This document shows positions 37,451-51,257 of a stretch of 64,000 nt of DNA, piece after piece. A program made the position numbers and the translations under genes. The notes under the pieces were generated by a model that saw only the letters and a program-made list of their open reading frames with translations, made no database searches and had not been told where the DNA came from. The stretch lies in the NCBI GenBank assembly GCA_963737265.1, contig CAVTRY010000007.1, positions 384,001-448,000 of the forward strand. The letters are read 5' to 3'. This DNA comes from an uncultured delta proteobacterium (GTDB lineage: Bacteria; Myxococcota_A; Polyangia; Fen-1088). Each line of letters starts with the position of its first letter. The first letter of the stretch is position 1.

Positions 37451-37780
37451 ATGAACGCCCGTCTCGTGCTCTCTCTGCTCGTTATCACTATCGTCCCCGG
37501 CCCCACCTTCAGCCAGCAGTCTCCCATGCAACAGAAAATTCAGCAGAGGTACTCGGCGCACGACAATACCCTCAGACCGGAACCGCTGCCGGAGGCGGAC
37601 CAGCGCGCGATGCGGCAGAAGGCCATTTTCCAGGATGTCGCGGAGCTTTCGGATTTGAGTGCGTCGCTGCAGTCGGATTTGCAACAACTGCAAAAAGGCA
37701 TGCTGGCGAAAGATCTCAATCAAAAGCTGAAGAAAGTAGAGAAGCTTTCAAAGCGGCTGCGGCAGGAGATGTCGCAGTAG
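37451..37780 (+). CDS. Small secreted helical hypothetical protein
   Basis: SD AAGGAGG, signal peptide, coiled-coil-like C-terminus. Confidence 0.7.
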   Translation: MNARLVLSLLVITIVPGPTFSQQSPMQQKIQQRYSAHDNTLRPEPLPEADQRAMRQKAIFQDVAELSDLSASLQSDLQQLQKGMLAKDLNQKLKKVEKLSKRLRQEMSQ

Positions 37781-37803
37781 GTTCTGCGCGCTGGACGCAC
37801 CGC

Positions 37804-37852
37804 CCCCACTTCTCGCGCGGCTTCGACCCAGATCCGCGCGAGAGAGATGGGG
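37804..37852. repeat. REP-like inverted repeat / possible terminator
   Basis: CCCCACTTCTCGCGCGG ... CCGCGCGAGAGAGATGGGG between convergent genes. Confidence 0.6.
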
Positions 37853-37864
37853 CCGCAGACTGTT

Positions 37865-38206
37865 TTAGTGATCGTGATCGCGGTCATGGTCGTGATCGTC
37901 CCAGTCCTGCTGGTCGTGCCAGCGATGCTGGTCCTCATCCCACCACTTGTGAAATTCGTTCCAGCAACGCTCCCGGGCTTCGTGCAACTGCTGCCGGCGG
38001 CGTTGTGCGTCCTCACTCTGCGGTCCGTTCTTCTGAACCGCGATGTGTAACAGCTGATCGGCGCGGGCCACGCGCCTTTGGCAATCCGCTTCACTCTCGG
38101 CATGCGCCCGCGGTACCGCCGTGAAAAACAACATTCCCGCCAAGAAGGCGATCGCGATGCCCAGCTTCACAAACGACCGCCGCCCACGTTCCCTCTCAAA
38201 GTTCAT
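37865..38206 (-). CDS. Small secreted protein with Cys pair and His/Asp-rich tail
   Basis: Signal peptide ending AHA, two Cys, tail WDDHDHDRDHDH; SD AGGAG. Confidence 0.75.
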   Translation of the reverse strand: MNFERERGRRSFVKLGIAIAFLAGMLFFTAVPRAHAESEADCQRRVARADQLLHIAVQKNGPQSEDAQRRRQQLHEARERCWNEFHKWWDEDQHRWHDQQDWDDHDHDRDHDH

Positions 38207-38385
38207 ATGCCAATCTCCTATTCAACTCCGACCTGAACCTCTGTCCGACAAATCACGCTATCGAATCCCGCGGCAAGGGAGCGATACTGTGGATTCTGTA
38301 TGAGGGGAAGAAAACAGTTTCAGAGCAGCGAGGAATCGCCGCAGGGGATCGGCATCATCTAAGATGAGAAGAACGGAGTTCCGCT

Positions 38386-38715
38386 ATGCCAGGCGACGAG
38401 ATCACGATTTCTCCGGGCCCCAGCTTTCGCACTGCGATGATGGTGGCCGTTCTTGCGGATGCGCTGCAACTTGTCGTCTTTCCTATGTTCGCTGCAGGCG
38501 CTTTTTCTCCTGCCGATGACCTGCTCGATCTCGGCGTGGCCGGGCTGATGGTGCATCTGCTGGGCTGGCACTGGGAATTTCTGCCGTCGTTCCTGGTCAA
38601 ACTCGTGCCCGGAGTCGATCTAGTCCCCTTCTGGTCGCTCGCGGTGGCGAGCGTGTGGCGGAAAGCGAAGAAGGCGGCGCAGGTGCCGGGAGAGAAACAG
38701 CCGCTGCTGCGGTAG
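38386..38715 (+). CDS. Small membrane hypothetical protein
   Basis: Hydrophobic segments, LGWHWEFLPSF..LVPGVDLVPFW. Confidence 0.65.
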   Translation: MPGDEITISPGPSFRTAMMVAVLADALQLVVFPMFAAGAFSPADDLLDLGVAGLMVHLLGWHWEFLPSFLVKLVPGVDLVPFWSLAVASVWRKAKKAAQVPGEKQPLLR

Positions 38716-38785
38716 TGCCGAGGGCCACTGGTTCCTTCGGGATGGCCTGGCAAAAAAGCCAGCGGCCCGAAACTTCCGGGCCACT

Positions 38786-38862
38786 GGACAGCCGAAGGCG
38801 GCTGTCCCTACATGTTCCATCGTATCGGCGCTTTACGCGGCGCTAAAGCGCCGCTCTTCCAC
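38786..38862. repeat. Two REP-like palindromes
   Basis: GGACAGCCG-AAGG-CGGCTGTCC(CTAC) and CGGCGCTTTA..TAAAGCGCCG(CTCTTCCAC). Confidence 0.65.
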
Positions 38863-38881
38863 CTGCCCTACGTTCCATCGC

Positions 38882-40177
<1,296 letters not shown>

Positions 40178-40340
40178 TCAGCGGCAGAAAATTTTTTGAT
40201 TACCGGTGGATGATGATTGCTCAATGACTATTTTCGCAGAATACATGAGCTTCGGGATCAGGTCAGGTGCCGAATGCCGCTTTCGGAGTACGGCTTTGAA
40301 CTACGACGGATGCCCTTTGATTCCGCGCTAAATTCTCGAC

Positions 40341-40386
40341 CACGGAGGTCACCGAGGTCGCGCGAACTTCTCGGCGACCTCTGTGT
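40341..40386. repeat. REP-like inverted repeat in metK-ahcY spacer
   Basis: CACGGAGGTCACCGAG ... CTCGGCGACCTCTGTG. Confidence 0.65.
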
Positions 40387-40398
40387 CCCTGTGGCGAA

Positions 40399-41584
<1,186 letters not shown>

Positions 41585-41725
41585 GTTGTGTTTCTCCTTA
41601 TGAGAGGGCGCAGCGATTTGAAATAGCGTGCGCCGCTCGAAACGCTCAGGACTTTAATAGGGCGGGACTACGGATTTTCCTGCGACTGCGCTGAAGCCAT
41701 ACAACCGGTGAAAGTCCTTCAAAAA

Positions 41726-41754
41726 AGGCTAACAGACCGCATAGGGGCGCGCAA
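41726..41754 (-). promoter_or_regulatory. Sigma70-like promoter for metK: TTGCGC-17bp-TAGCCT with extended -10 TG
   Basis: Read on minus strand; implies a leader of about 135 nt. Confidence 0.6.
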
Positions 41755-41958
41755 TGGGTTTGGGGCCAAGGGGCGGAGGATGAATTCAATTGCGGAAATA
41801 GGGCTGTGGACGGGAGCGATTGAAGTTTAAGTGGCGCTGACCGCTGAATCGGCCAGAGCTTTTGCTTCGTAAGCTCGGACGAACGGGAAAAAGAAACGTT
41901 GCCGCGGAAGGCCAGGCATCGAGGGTTCGCTCGAAGCTTTTTAGCTTTCTAGCTTTCT

Positions 41959-42577
41959 TCAGTGGGCCTGGGCCGGCTCCGGGGTTGCGGCCTGGTGCAT
42001 GCCGCTGGAGTCGAAGACGTAAGTTTTGACTTCGGATTCGCCGCCCGAGGCGGGAATGTCCTGATCATTGAAGAGGAAACTGACCCCGGCGGCGTTGCCG
42101 ATGCGGACCACGATCTCGCGGGTTCCGCGCACCGAAAACGCGGCCGGAGCGATCAGGGTCTCATGCGCGACCGGCTGTCCGTCGGCCGCAACGGAGATCC
42201 ATGTGGTCTCCGACGCGCGGATGATGAGCTTCAGATTGGCGATGGTCTTGGCCTGAGCTACAGGTTTAGCGGCAGGAATCACCGGCTTGGCTGCCGGGAA
42301 GGTGCGCACCGTTACGTCGTTCGCGTCGTTGTCAGCGGCTTCCGTCTTGGGCGCGGAGGCCGGTTTTTCCGATGCCGGCCGTGGCCGCGTTGCGCTACGG
42401 CAGGGCTGTTTCCCTGGGGGACATTCGCCGGAGCTGCATTCGGTGCCAGAGAACTGGCGGGGGCAGAGGGCACGGCGCTGGCGGGCTGCGCTGATTTCGC
42501 CAGCGGTGCGGATTCAGCGGTCTTGCCGCGCGAGCGATAGAACCATAATAGGGCCAGCAGAACAATGATCACCGCTA
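41959..42577 (-). CDS. rodZ: RodZ-like protein, TM plus DUF4115 C-terminal part (5' end lost at junction)
   Basis: TM helix, Pro/Ala linker, WISVAADG, VRIGNAAGVSFLFN. Confidence 0.8.
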
Positions 42578-42901
42578 CATCTTGAGGGCGTTGTCGAGCG
42601 TGACCTCGGTGCCGGGCCTGAAGCCCATCTTCGAGGGCGCCTGGCTCGCCGCGCGCGCCGAGACGACGAGCGGCGTGTCCATGGTCAACCTGCCGGCGCG
42701 CACCGCGTCGAGCGCGACATAGACCGTCATCAGCTTGGTCAGCGACGCGGGATACCAGATCTCGGTCGAGTTCTTCTCGAGCAGCACCTGTCCGCTGTCG
42801 GCGTCGACGACGAGATAGGGCGTCGCGGAGGCCGCGGATGCGGACAACGCCAGCGCCGCGACGGCGCCCAGCCGACCGATCCAAGAAACGCCAAAAGGCA
42901 T
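42578..42901 (-). CDS. D-alanyl-D-alanine carboxypeptidase (peptidase S11), N-terminal part only
   Basis: Signal peptide, YPASLTKLMT (SxxK), QAPSKMG. Confidence 0.9.
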
Positions 42902-43165
42902 GCCATCGCGCTCCTTCGACGCCCAAAGCCCCTTGCGGCTCTTAGAGGAGAACGCCGGCAAGCTCAAGTTTCGCCTTGCAGCAGCCCGCGCGCCCAGCTG
43001 CCTGCCGGTTCGAGACGGGCGACCGCTCTCGCGGGCCTGGCCGCGTTGCGGTCCGTTCCGGGAAAGGCCGGCTTTGCGGGCGTGCCGCCTCGCGGGCGCC
43101 GTGCTAAGAACGTCGCCGCCGCGGTTGCGCGCGACGACACTCTCACGGATTTCGTGACCCCGATC

Positions 43166-44167
43166 ATGGGCCCGAACGACAGCGAATTGGACGCAGAGAC
43201 GGCCGCCAGGGCCCTCATGTGGTGGGCGGAGGCCGGAGTTGGCTTCACCGTCGGCGAGCAGCCGAGCGATCAATTTGCGGCGCCGGCTGCGATCCCCGAT
43301 CGGCCCCCGCATCGCGCGGCTGCCGACCGCGCCGCGTCGCCGCCCGCTTCCCTGCGGCCGCCCCCCGATGCGCCTGCGCGCCGTGAGGCGCCCACCCTCT
43401 CGGGCGCGCCGGCCCAGATGGCGGCGAGCGAACTCGCCGCCTCCGCCGAAGACCTGCCGGCGCTCCGCGCCGCGCTCGAGCGCTTCGAAGGCTGCGCGCT
43501 GAAGAAGACCGCGACCCAGCTCGTCTTTTCCGACGGCGTCCCGGGCTCGCGCGTGATGTTCGTCGGCGAGGCGCCGGGCGCCGACGAGGACCGGATCGGA
43601 CGCCCTTTCGTCGGCAAGGCCGGGCAATTGCTCGACCGCATGCTGGCCGCGATCGGACTCGATCGGAGCCAAGTCTATATCGCCAATATCGTGCCGTGGC
43701 GGCCGCCGGGAAACCGGACGCCGACGCCCGAGGAGACGCAGGCCTGCCTGCCGTTCATCCGGCGGCAGATCGAACTCGCCGCCCCCGAGATTCTCGTCTG
43801 TCTCGGCCTCCCGTCCGCCCAGACGCTGCTCGGCATCCGCACCGGCATCACGCGGGCGCGGGGCTCATGGTTTCGCTACCAGCGCGGGGACGGAGGCGCA
43901 ATTCGCGCGATCGCCATGCTTCACCCCGCCTACCTGTTGCGGCAGCCGTCGCAAAAGCGCGCCGCATGGGCCGACATGCGCGCGCTGGCCGCGGCGCTGG
44001 CGGCTCCCGTTCCGGGCGATCGCCGGGATCCCTCTCAGCGGTTCTTGAACGCCGCCGGGCGCTTTTCGACGAAGGCCTTCATGCCTTCCTTCTGGTCCTC
44101 GGTGGCGAAGAGGGAGTGGAAGATGCGGCGCTCGAAGCGGACGCCTTCCGAGAGCGTCGTCTCGTAG
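43166..44167 (+). CDS. Uracil-DNA glycosylase family 4 (3' end uncertain)
   Basis: [33 protein letters not shown]. Confidence 0.9.
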   Translation: MGPNDSELDAETAARALMWWAEAGVGFTVGEQPSDQFAAPAAIPDRPPHRAAADRAASPPASLRPPPDAPARREAPTLSGAPAQMAASELAASAEDLPALRAALERFEGCALKKTATQLVFSDGVPGSRVMFVGEAPGADEDRIGRPFVGKAGQLLDRMLAAIGLDRSQVYIANIVPWRPPGNRTPTPEETQACLPFIRRQIELAAPEILVCLGLPSAQTLLGIRTGITRARGSWFRYQRGDGGAIRAIAMLHPAYLLRQPSQKRAAWADMRALAAALAAPVPGDRRDPSQRFLNAAGRFSTKAFMPSFWSSVAKREWKMRRSKRTPSESVVS

Positions 44168-44808
44168 GCCCGGTTGACGCTCTCCTTGGCGGCGTAGACG
44201 GCGGCGGCCGACAGCGAGGCGATGGCGGCGGCGGTCTTGATCGCCTCCTCGACCAGCGAGGCGGCCGGCACGATGCGCGAGACGAGGCCGGAGCGCTCGG
44301 CCTCGGCCGCGTCCATCATCCGGCCGGTCAGGCACATCTCCATCGCCTTGGACTTGCCGACGAAGCGGGTGAGCCGCTGCGTCCCGCCCGCGCCCGGAAT
44401 GACGCCGAGCTTGATCTCCGGCTGACCGAATTTCGCCGTGTCGGCGGCGAGGATGAAGTCGCACATCATGGCGAGCTCGCAGCCGCCGCCGAGCGCGAAG
44501 CCCGCAACCGCCGCGATCACCGGCTTGCGCGCCTTGGCGACGTTCTCCCAACGCGAGATGAAATCGCCCAAAAAGACGTCGGCGAAACTCTTGTCCTGCA
44601 TCTCCTTGATGTCGGCGCCGGCGGCGAAGGCCTTGTCCGAGCCGGTCAGCACAATGGCGCCGATCCCCGGGTCGGTCTCGAAAGCCTCGAGCGCCTTGTT
44701 GAGGTCCTCGATCAGCGGCGACGACAACGCGTTCAGCGCCTGCGGCCGGTGGAGCCGGATGAGGCCGACTTTGCCGTGGGTTTCGACGAGGATGTTTTCG
44801 TAGGTCAT
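44035..44808 (-). CDS. Enoyl-CoA hydratase
   Basis: [40 protein letters not shown]. Confidence 0.95.
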   Translation of the reverse strand: MTYENILVETHGKVGLIRLHRPQALNALSSPLIEDLNKALEAFETDPGIGAIVLTGSDKAFAAGADIKEMQDKSFADVFLGDFISRWENVAKARKPVIAAVAGFALGGGCELAMMCDFILAADTAKFGQPEIKLGVIPGAGGTQRLTRFVGKSKAMEMCLTGRMMDAAEAERSGLVSRIVPAASLVEEAIKTAAAIASLSAAAVYAAKESVNRAYETTLSEGVRFERRIFHSLFATEDQKEGMKAFVEKRPAAFKNR

Positions 44809-45029
44809 GGCGCGCCTCCCTGGATGTGGCTTCCAGGGAGGCCTAGCCAATTGCCGCGCGCGTGAAAAGGGCCTGCGCGCAGCGTCAGCCGTCCCGCCGC
44901 CGCTGCGCGCACGGCCGCGCAGGCCGCGCCGCCTTCAGCCGTAGCATGCCGTAGCTCGCCGCGTTCGGAACGGGACGCGCCGCGGCTATGCGGACGGCGC
45001 CCCACGCTCGAGACGCGATTTCCGTCTTA

Positions 45030-45293
45030 TCAATAGTGGTGATAGTAGTAGTAGTGGTGGTGCGGCCGCCAGCCGTAGCGGTGGTAGTAGTAATGATGAC
45101 GCGTCATCGCATTGCCGACCGCCGCGCCGCCGATGCCGCCGACCACCGCGCCGACCGGGCCGCCGACCACCGCGCCGCCGACGGCGCCCGCCACCCCGCC
45201 CGTGACCGCGCCAGCCTCGTCGGCTTGTGCGCCGTACGAGACGCCGAACATCAGCCCCGCGGCCAAAGCCGCCGCGACAATCCGTAGGACCAT
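45030..45293 (-). CDS. Small secreted glycine-zipper protein with His/Tyr-rich tail
   Basis: Signal peptide, GAVGGAVVGGPVGAVVGG, HHYYYHRYGWRPHHHYYYYHHY. Confidence 0.75.
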   Translation of the reverse strand: MVLRIVAAALAAGLMFGVSYGAQADEAGAVTGGVAGAVGGAVVGGPVGAVVGGIGGAAVGNAMTRHHYYYHRYGWRPHHHYYYYHHY

Positions 45294-45516
45294 TACGCCT
45301 CCAATCCGTAATCGGGGACGGCGCAATGGCCGTTCCCGCGAAGTTGAACGCGTCATCAGCGCGAACAGTTCCGTGGACGTCGCTCACGAAGCCGGAAATG
45401 CGCAAGCCGGTCCGGCGCCGGTCGGAACGAGGTGACCGCGTCGGAAAAAGTCGTACACTTCGCCCATGGGCGCGGCGCCCCGCCCTTTTCAACCTTGAAA
45501 CGCCGAGAAACCGCCC

Positions 45517-47708
45517 ATGGAAACGCCCGTGCCTTCCGCTCCCGCCTCAGCCGCCTTCGCGGGCCTCGAGACCGCGGAAACCCTCACGCCGGACGAGATC
45601 GACCGGCGCGCCCGGGATTTGCGCGACCGGCTCAGCCTCGAGGAGAAGATCAGCCTCATGCACGGCCTGTTGCCGGTCTGGCGCGGACTTGCCGAGATGA
45701 CCGCCCCGAACGGCTATAGCAGCCGGGTCTGGCCGGCCGGCGAGATCGCGCGGCTCGGCGTTCCCGGCATCCGCTTCTCCGACGGGCCGCGCGGAATCAT
45801 TCTGGACGGCGCGACCACCTTCCCGGTGTCCATGGCCCGCGGCGCGACCTTCGACACGGACCTCGAGGAGCGCGTCGGCGACGCCATCGGCCGGGAACTG
45901 CGCGCGCTCGGCGGCAATTATTTCGGCGGCGTCTGCATCAACCTCTTGCGCCACCCGGCCTGGGGCCGCGCCCAGGAGACCTATGGCGAGGACCCGAGAC
46001 ATCTCGGCGCCATGGGGGCGGCGCTGACGCGCGGCGTGCAGCGCCACGTGATGGCCTGCGTCAAGCATTACGCCCTGAACTCCATGGAGAACGCGCGCTT
46101 CAAGGTCGATGTGACCATTTCCCCGCGCGCGCTGCACGAGATCTACCTGCCGCACTTCCGGCGTGTGGTCGCGGAAGGCGTCGCCTCGGTGATGAGCGCC
46201 TACAACAGCGTCAACGGCGAGTGGGCCGGGCAGAACCGCATGCTCCTGACCGACATTCTCAAGCAGGCGTGGGGCTTCGACGGCTTCGTGGTGACGGATT
46301 TCATCTTCGGCATGCGCGACGCCAAAACCGCGGCGCTCGCGGGACAGGACGTCGAGATGCCTTTCGCCCTCCTGTTCGACCGCGACCTCAAAGGCCTCGT
46401 CGAGCGCGGCGAGGTTCCGGTCGCAGCGGGTCGACGACGCCGCGCTTGCGCGTGCTGCGCCAGCAGGTGCGCTTCGGTCAGGGCCGCGACCCTCGGGACT
46501 ACGCGCCCGAGGTCGTCGGCTGCGAGGCCCATCGCAAGCTTGCGCGGGAGGCGGCCGAGAAGAGCATCGTGCTGCTCAAGAACGAGGGCGGCCTTCTGCC
46601 GCTTGAAGGGGTGCGGCGCATCGCCGTCATCGGACGCCTCGCCGAGGTTCCCAACACCGGCGACGGCGGCTCGAGCAACACCCGGCCGGCCTATGTCGTT
46701 ACGCCGCTGGAAGGCCTGCGCGCCGCTTTCGGCGGGACGGTCGCCATCGACAAGGACGACGGCGCCGATCCGGCGCGCGCCGCCGCCGTCGCAAAGAGCG
46801 CGGATGTGGCGCTCATCGTCGCCGGCTACACCCACGCCGACGAGGGCGAATATATTCCCCCGGACATTTTCGCCGCTTTCGTCCCGAGCTTCCCGCCGCC
46901 CGGGCCCGAGGACATGGCCTTTGTCCAGAGCATGCAGGCCGGAAACATGGACCCCGGCCTTTCGCTCGGCGGCGACCGCGAACGGCTGACCCTCAATCCG
47001 CGCGACGAGGCGCTGATTCAGGCGGTGACGGCGGCGAACCCGAAAACGGTCGTCGCCGTGATGGCGGGCAGCGCCGTGATCATGGAGGCCTGGCGCGAGC
47101 GCGCGGCCGCGATCCTGATGCTGTGGTACCCGGGCATGGAAGGCGGCCACGCGCTGGCCGACGTGCTGATCGGCCGCGTCAACCCGAGCGGCAGGCTGCC
47201 CTGCGTCTTTCCCGCCCGCGCCGAGGATCTGCCGGCGTTCGACCGAAACGCGACCAAGATCACCTATGATCTGTGGCACGGCTACCGCAAGATGGAGCGC
47301 GACGGCGCGGCGCCCGCCTTCCCCTTCGGCTTCGGCCTCTCCTACGCGCGGTTCGAATACGCGAACCTGCGGCTGACGAAAACCGAGCTTTCCGCTTCCG
47401 ACGTCATCGAGGCGACCGTGGAGGTGACGAACGCCAGCGAGCGCGCCGGCGAGGAGGTCGTTCAGCTCTATGTCGCCGCGATCGGCTCGAAGGTGGAGCG
47501 CGCGCCGAAGGAATTGAAAGCCTTCGCGCGCGTCGCGCTCGGGCCCGGCGAGACGCGCGCCGTGCGGCTTGCCGTGCCCGTCGCCGAACTCGCCTATTAC
47601 GACGAAGGCGCCGCGGACTGGGTGGTCGAGCCGATCGCCTACGCCGCGATCGTCGGCCGCCATTCCTTGGACCCGGGCGCGTTGCGGGCGGCGTTCACGG
47701 TCGTCTGA
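45517..47708 (+). CDS. Glycoside hydrolase family 3 beta-glucosidase (frameshift near 46430)
   Basis: SDGPRG, WGRAQETYGEDP, CVKHY, VVTDF, IVLLKN, WYPGMEGG, FPFGFGLSY, EVVQLY, ELKAF. Confidence 0.95.
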
Positions 47709-47819
47709 ACGCGGCGGCGGCGGCGTTCGGGCGCCGGCTTGAAAGGCGACGTAACGGACGCCAGATTTCCCGCGAAGAGCAGCCGACATCATCATCTCGA
47801 CACGAGAAGGAGTTTCGTC

Positions 47820-48335
47820 ATGGCCGATTTCCCCTCACGCGCGGTGCTGGCTGGCGGCTGCTTCTGGGGCATGCAGGATCTGATCCGGCGCATGCCGGGC
47901 GTCCTCTCCACCCGCGTCGGCTACACCGGCGGCGATGTGCCGAACGCGACCTATCGCAATCACGGCGATCACGCCGAGGCGATCGAGATCCTGTTCGACC
48001 CGGCGAAGGTGAGCTACCGGGAACTGTTGGAGTTCTTCTTCCAGATCCACGACCCGTCGACCCGCAACCGCCAGGGCAACGACATCGGCCGCAGCTATCG
48101 TTCGGCGATCTTCTATACCGACGACGAACAGAAGCGCGTCGCGCTCGACACGATCGCCGACGTCGACGCCTCCGGCCTGTGGCCGGGCAAGGCGGTGACG
48201 GAGGTCGCGCCGGCGGGTCCGTTCTGGCAGGCCGAGCCCGAGCATCAGGACTACCTCGAGCGCTACCCGAACGGCTACACCTGCCACTTCGCCCGGCCGG
48301 GCTGGGTGCTGCCGAAGCGCGCCGCCGCGGAGTAG
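47820..48335 (+). CDS. msrA: Peptide methionine sulfoxide reductase A
   Basis: [31 protein letters not shown]; SD AAGGAG. Confidence 0.97.
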   Translation: MADFPSRAVLAGGCFWGMQDLIRRMPGVLSTRVGYTGGDVPNATYRNHGDHAEAIEILFDPAKVSYRELLEFFFQIHDPSTRNRQGNDIGRSYRSAIFYTDDEQKRVALDTIADVDASGLWPGKAVTEVAPAGPFWQAEPEHQDYLERYPNGYTCHFARPGWVLPKRAAAE

Positions 48336-48599
48336 GGCGCCTCGCCCGGCGGCCGCCGCCGATCGGGGACCGTTCGTCCGGTAGGTTGAAGGGCGGGGTG
48401 GTCGACCGCGCCTCGGTCGGGTCAGCGACCCCCTATAGCCCTGCGCTTCACGGCCTGTCTGGGAGCGCCGGCACAGCGTTGAATTTGTGGATACCTTCGC
48501 ACGAGCCGACCTTGGGCGGCCTCAAATATACTACAGACAATTGTTAATAATGTGAAAGAGTTGCAAGTTTGCGCACTGAGTGTTTGAAATCGCGCCCGA

Positions 48600-49439
48600 G
48601 TGCAATCCGGCGGCGACGAGCAGGTGCGCCGGTGGCTTCCCGCGGTGGCCGCCGGGACGGCCGTGGCCGCGTTCGCGCTGTCCGAGCCGGGTGCCGGGTC
48701 CGACGCCGCGGCGCTGGAGCTCGCCGCCGTGCCGGATGCGGAGGGGTGGCGGCTGACCGGCATCAAGACCTGGATCTCCAACGCGCCCGAGGCCGACTTC
48801 TACACGGTGTTCGCCCGGACCACACCGGGCGCCGGGGCCCGCGGGGTCAGCGCCTTCCTGGTCCCGGCGGACCGGCCGGGGCTGTCCGGCACGCACCTGG
48901 ACATGGTCAGCCCGCACCCGATCGGCACGCTGGCCTTCGACGGGGTGCCCGTTTACCGGGACGAACTGCTCGGGGAGCCCGACCGTGGCTTCGCGGTGGC
49001 AATGCGGACGCTGAACCTGTTCCGCCCGAGCGTGGGCGCGTTCGCGGTGGGCATGGCGCAGGCGGCGCTTGAGGCGGCCTGCGAGTACGCGGCGTCCAGG
49101 ACCGTGTTCGGCGGCCCGCTCAAGGACCAGCAGACGGTAGCGCACCTGCTTGCCGAGATGGCGACCCGCACCGAGGCGGCCCGGCTGCTGGTGTACTCGG
49201 CGGCGGCGGCCCTGGACGCGGGGGCGGCCGGGGTCGCCGGGCGCAGCGCCATGGCCAAGCTGTTCGCCACGGAGACGGCTCAGTACGTGGTCGACTCGGC
49301 GGTGCAGATCCACGGCGCCCGCGCCCTGGAGCGGGGCCATCTGCTGGAACACCTGTACCGGGAGGTCCGGGCCCCGCGCATCTACGAGGGCGCCTCCGAG
49401 ATCCAGCGCACGATCATCGCCAGGCAACTGTTCAAGTAA
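48600..49439 (+). CDS. Acyl-CoA dehydrogenase, 5' end lost at junction
   Basis: [44 protein letters not shown]. Confidence 0.93.
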   Translation: MQSGGDEQVRRWLPAVAAGTAVAAFALSEPGAGSDAAALELAAVPDAEGWRLTGIKTWISNAPEADFYTVFARTTPGAGARGVSAFLVPADRPGLSGTHLDMVSPHPIGTLAFDGVPVYRDELLGEPDRGFAVAMRTLNLFRPSVGAFAVGMAQAALEAACEYAASRTVFGGPLKDQQTVAHLLAEMATRTEAARLLVYSAAAALDAGAAGVAGRSAMAKLFATETAQYVVDSAVQIHGARALERGHLLEHLYREVRAPRIYEGASEIQRTIIARQLFK

Positions 49440-49698
49440 CGCCTCCGGTCCGGGGGGGTGCCCGGGCCCCGGTGTCAACCAGGTACCCGGGCCGGGATGT
49501 CAACCGGCCGATCGGGCCAGGCGTGTTTCATAGACCCCGTTTTCAACCATTGTCGGCACTCTCCGGGATATATGCGGACAGCCAGCACGGAACCCGGCTT
49601 ACAACGCCACCGCGGGGGCGGAGTTGCAGGTGCGGGGTGCCGATGGGTTCCAGAGCCTGACCGCACCACAGTTGCTTACCGGTATTAGGGGAGACGCG

Positions 49699-51151
49699 AT
49701 GAAACGCATCGCCCGGCTGGCCGCCCTGGCCCTGGTCACCATTGCCGGGCTCGCCCCGGCCGCCGCGCTGTCCCCGCAGCGTGCCCTGGCGTCCGCCGGA
49801 CCCGGGCCGCGACCAGTACCGGCGGGACCAAGCGGTGGGCAACGAGCTACCGCGACCACATCCAGGAGAATAGTGCGCAGGCCGTGGTGGCGAGTCCCGA
49901 TGGCTCGGCGGTGTTGGTCACCGGCATCGCCTACGATCCGTCCACCGGGCTCGGGCATGCCCCACGGTGGCCTACGACGCGGCGACCGGCGCCCGGCGCT
50001 GGGTGGCCCGCTACTACGGCCTCGGCGTCAGCGCGCCGTTGTCCATCGCGATCAGCCCGGACGGGTCCAGGCTCTTTATCGCCGGCGACACGACACCGCA
50101 GGGATTCCGCCCTGCCGACCCGGGTTCGCGATCGTCGCCTAAGACTCCGGCAGCGGCACCATGCTGTGGGGCACAGCACCCGTTCGGCTCCGGCCTGGCG
50201 ACGGCGTTGACGGTCAGCCCGGACTCCGCCGTTGTGTACGCCAGCGGCACTGTCGGGGACTTTATCGATGGCCTGGGCTCCGTGGCCTGAGGCTTGCGCC
50301 TACAACGCTGCGACCGGGACCCGTGAGTGGCTGGCCGTTTATCACGGCTTGCGGCCCCGCGCGGAGGCGCAATCGGTCGCAGCAAGCCCCGGATGGCCAG
50401 AGGGTTTTCGTCAGCAGCCCCGTCACCAGTTCCTCCGGCAGCCCGCTCATCGCCACGCTGGCCTATGACCCGGCCACGGGCACTGCCTTGTGGGCCCGGC
50501 TCGCCGCGGGAACAGCCATTGCCGGATGGGATCAGCGCTGGGCGGGACCTGGCGGTAGGCCGGACTCCTCGGCGGTGTTCGTCACCGGCATGATTACCGG
50601 CGCATCCGGCACATCCGCGGGCCATCGCGGTCGCCTACGCGGCAGCCAGGGGCGACGCTGTGGTGGAGGCGATATCTGGGCCCGCAGGGGGATAACGCGG
50701 GTAATGCGGTCGCGGTCAGCCCGGATGGGTCACGGGTGTTCGTCACCGGGCACAGCAACGGGACCACATCCCCGTACGCGCAGAACTTCGCGACGGTGCT
50801 TACAGCGCCGCCAGCGGGCGGCAACAGTGGGCCCGGACCTTCTCGGCGTCGAGCAGCCTCACTGCCGGGTTCACAGGCGCCGTCGCGGTCGGGGTGAGCC
50901 CGGACGGCGCACTGGTGTACGTCACCGGGACAGCGCCGGGGTTCCGGAGCAACAGCGCGAACTTCGCCACGATCGCCTACCGCGCCGCCGACGGCAGAAC
51001 GTCGTGGCAGGCGCGCTACCGGGGCCGCCGGGACTTCGCCGGCGCGAACTCCCTTGCGGTCGGCCCGACCGGGCAGGCGGTGTTCGTGACCGGCTTCCTC
51101 GGGGTTCACGACGGCTGCTGCAACTTCGAAACCGTGGCCTACCAGCCGTAG
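49699..51151 (+). CDS. Secreted beta-propeller repeat protein (multiple frameshifts)
   Basis: Signal peptide; repeated (A/V)SPDG..VFVTG ... (T)IAYDAATG...W.ARY.G blades. Confidence 0.7.
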
Positions 51152-51257
51152 ACGGCCTACCGGCCACCCGCGCCGGTGATCTGGTACGCCCGCCAGGCCC
51201 ACGCCTCCCCCGCTGCCTTCGCCGCTGCCGTGCAGAACGGTGTTTCCGGCGGTTGGG

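Noticed and set aside
42312-43672. ORFs joining RodZ and DD-carboxypeptidase sequence
   Set aside because: They span the junction at about 42577.
44035-44167. 133-bp convergent overlap of UDG and enoyl-CoA hydratase
   Set aside because: UDG homology ends near 44000; an indel removing the true stop is more likely.
51176-51257. Possible transposase remnant (IWYARQAH...)
   Set aside because: Too short, with no terminal repeats or catalytic motifs.
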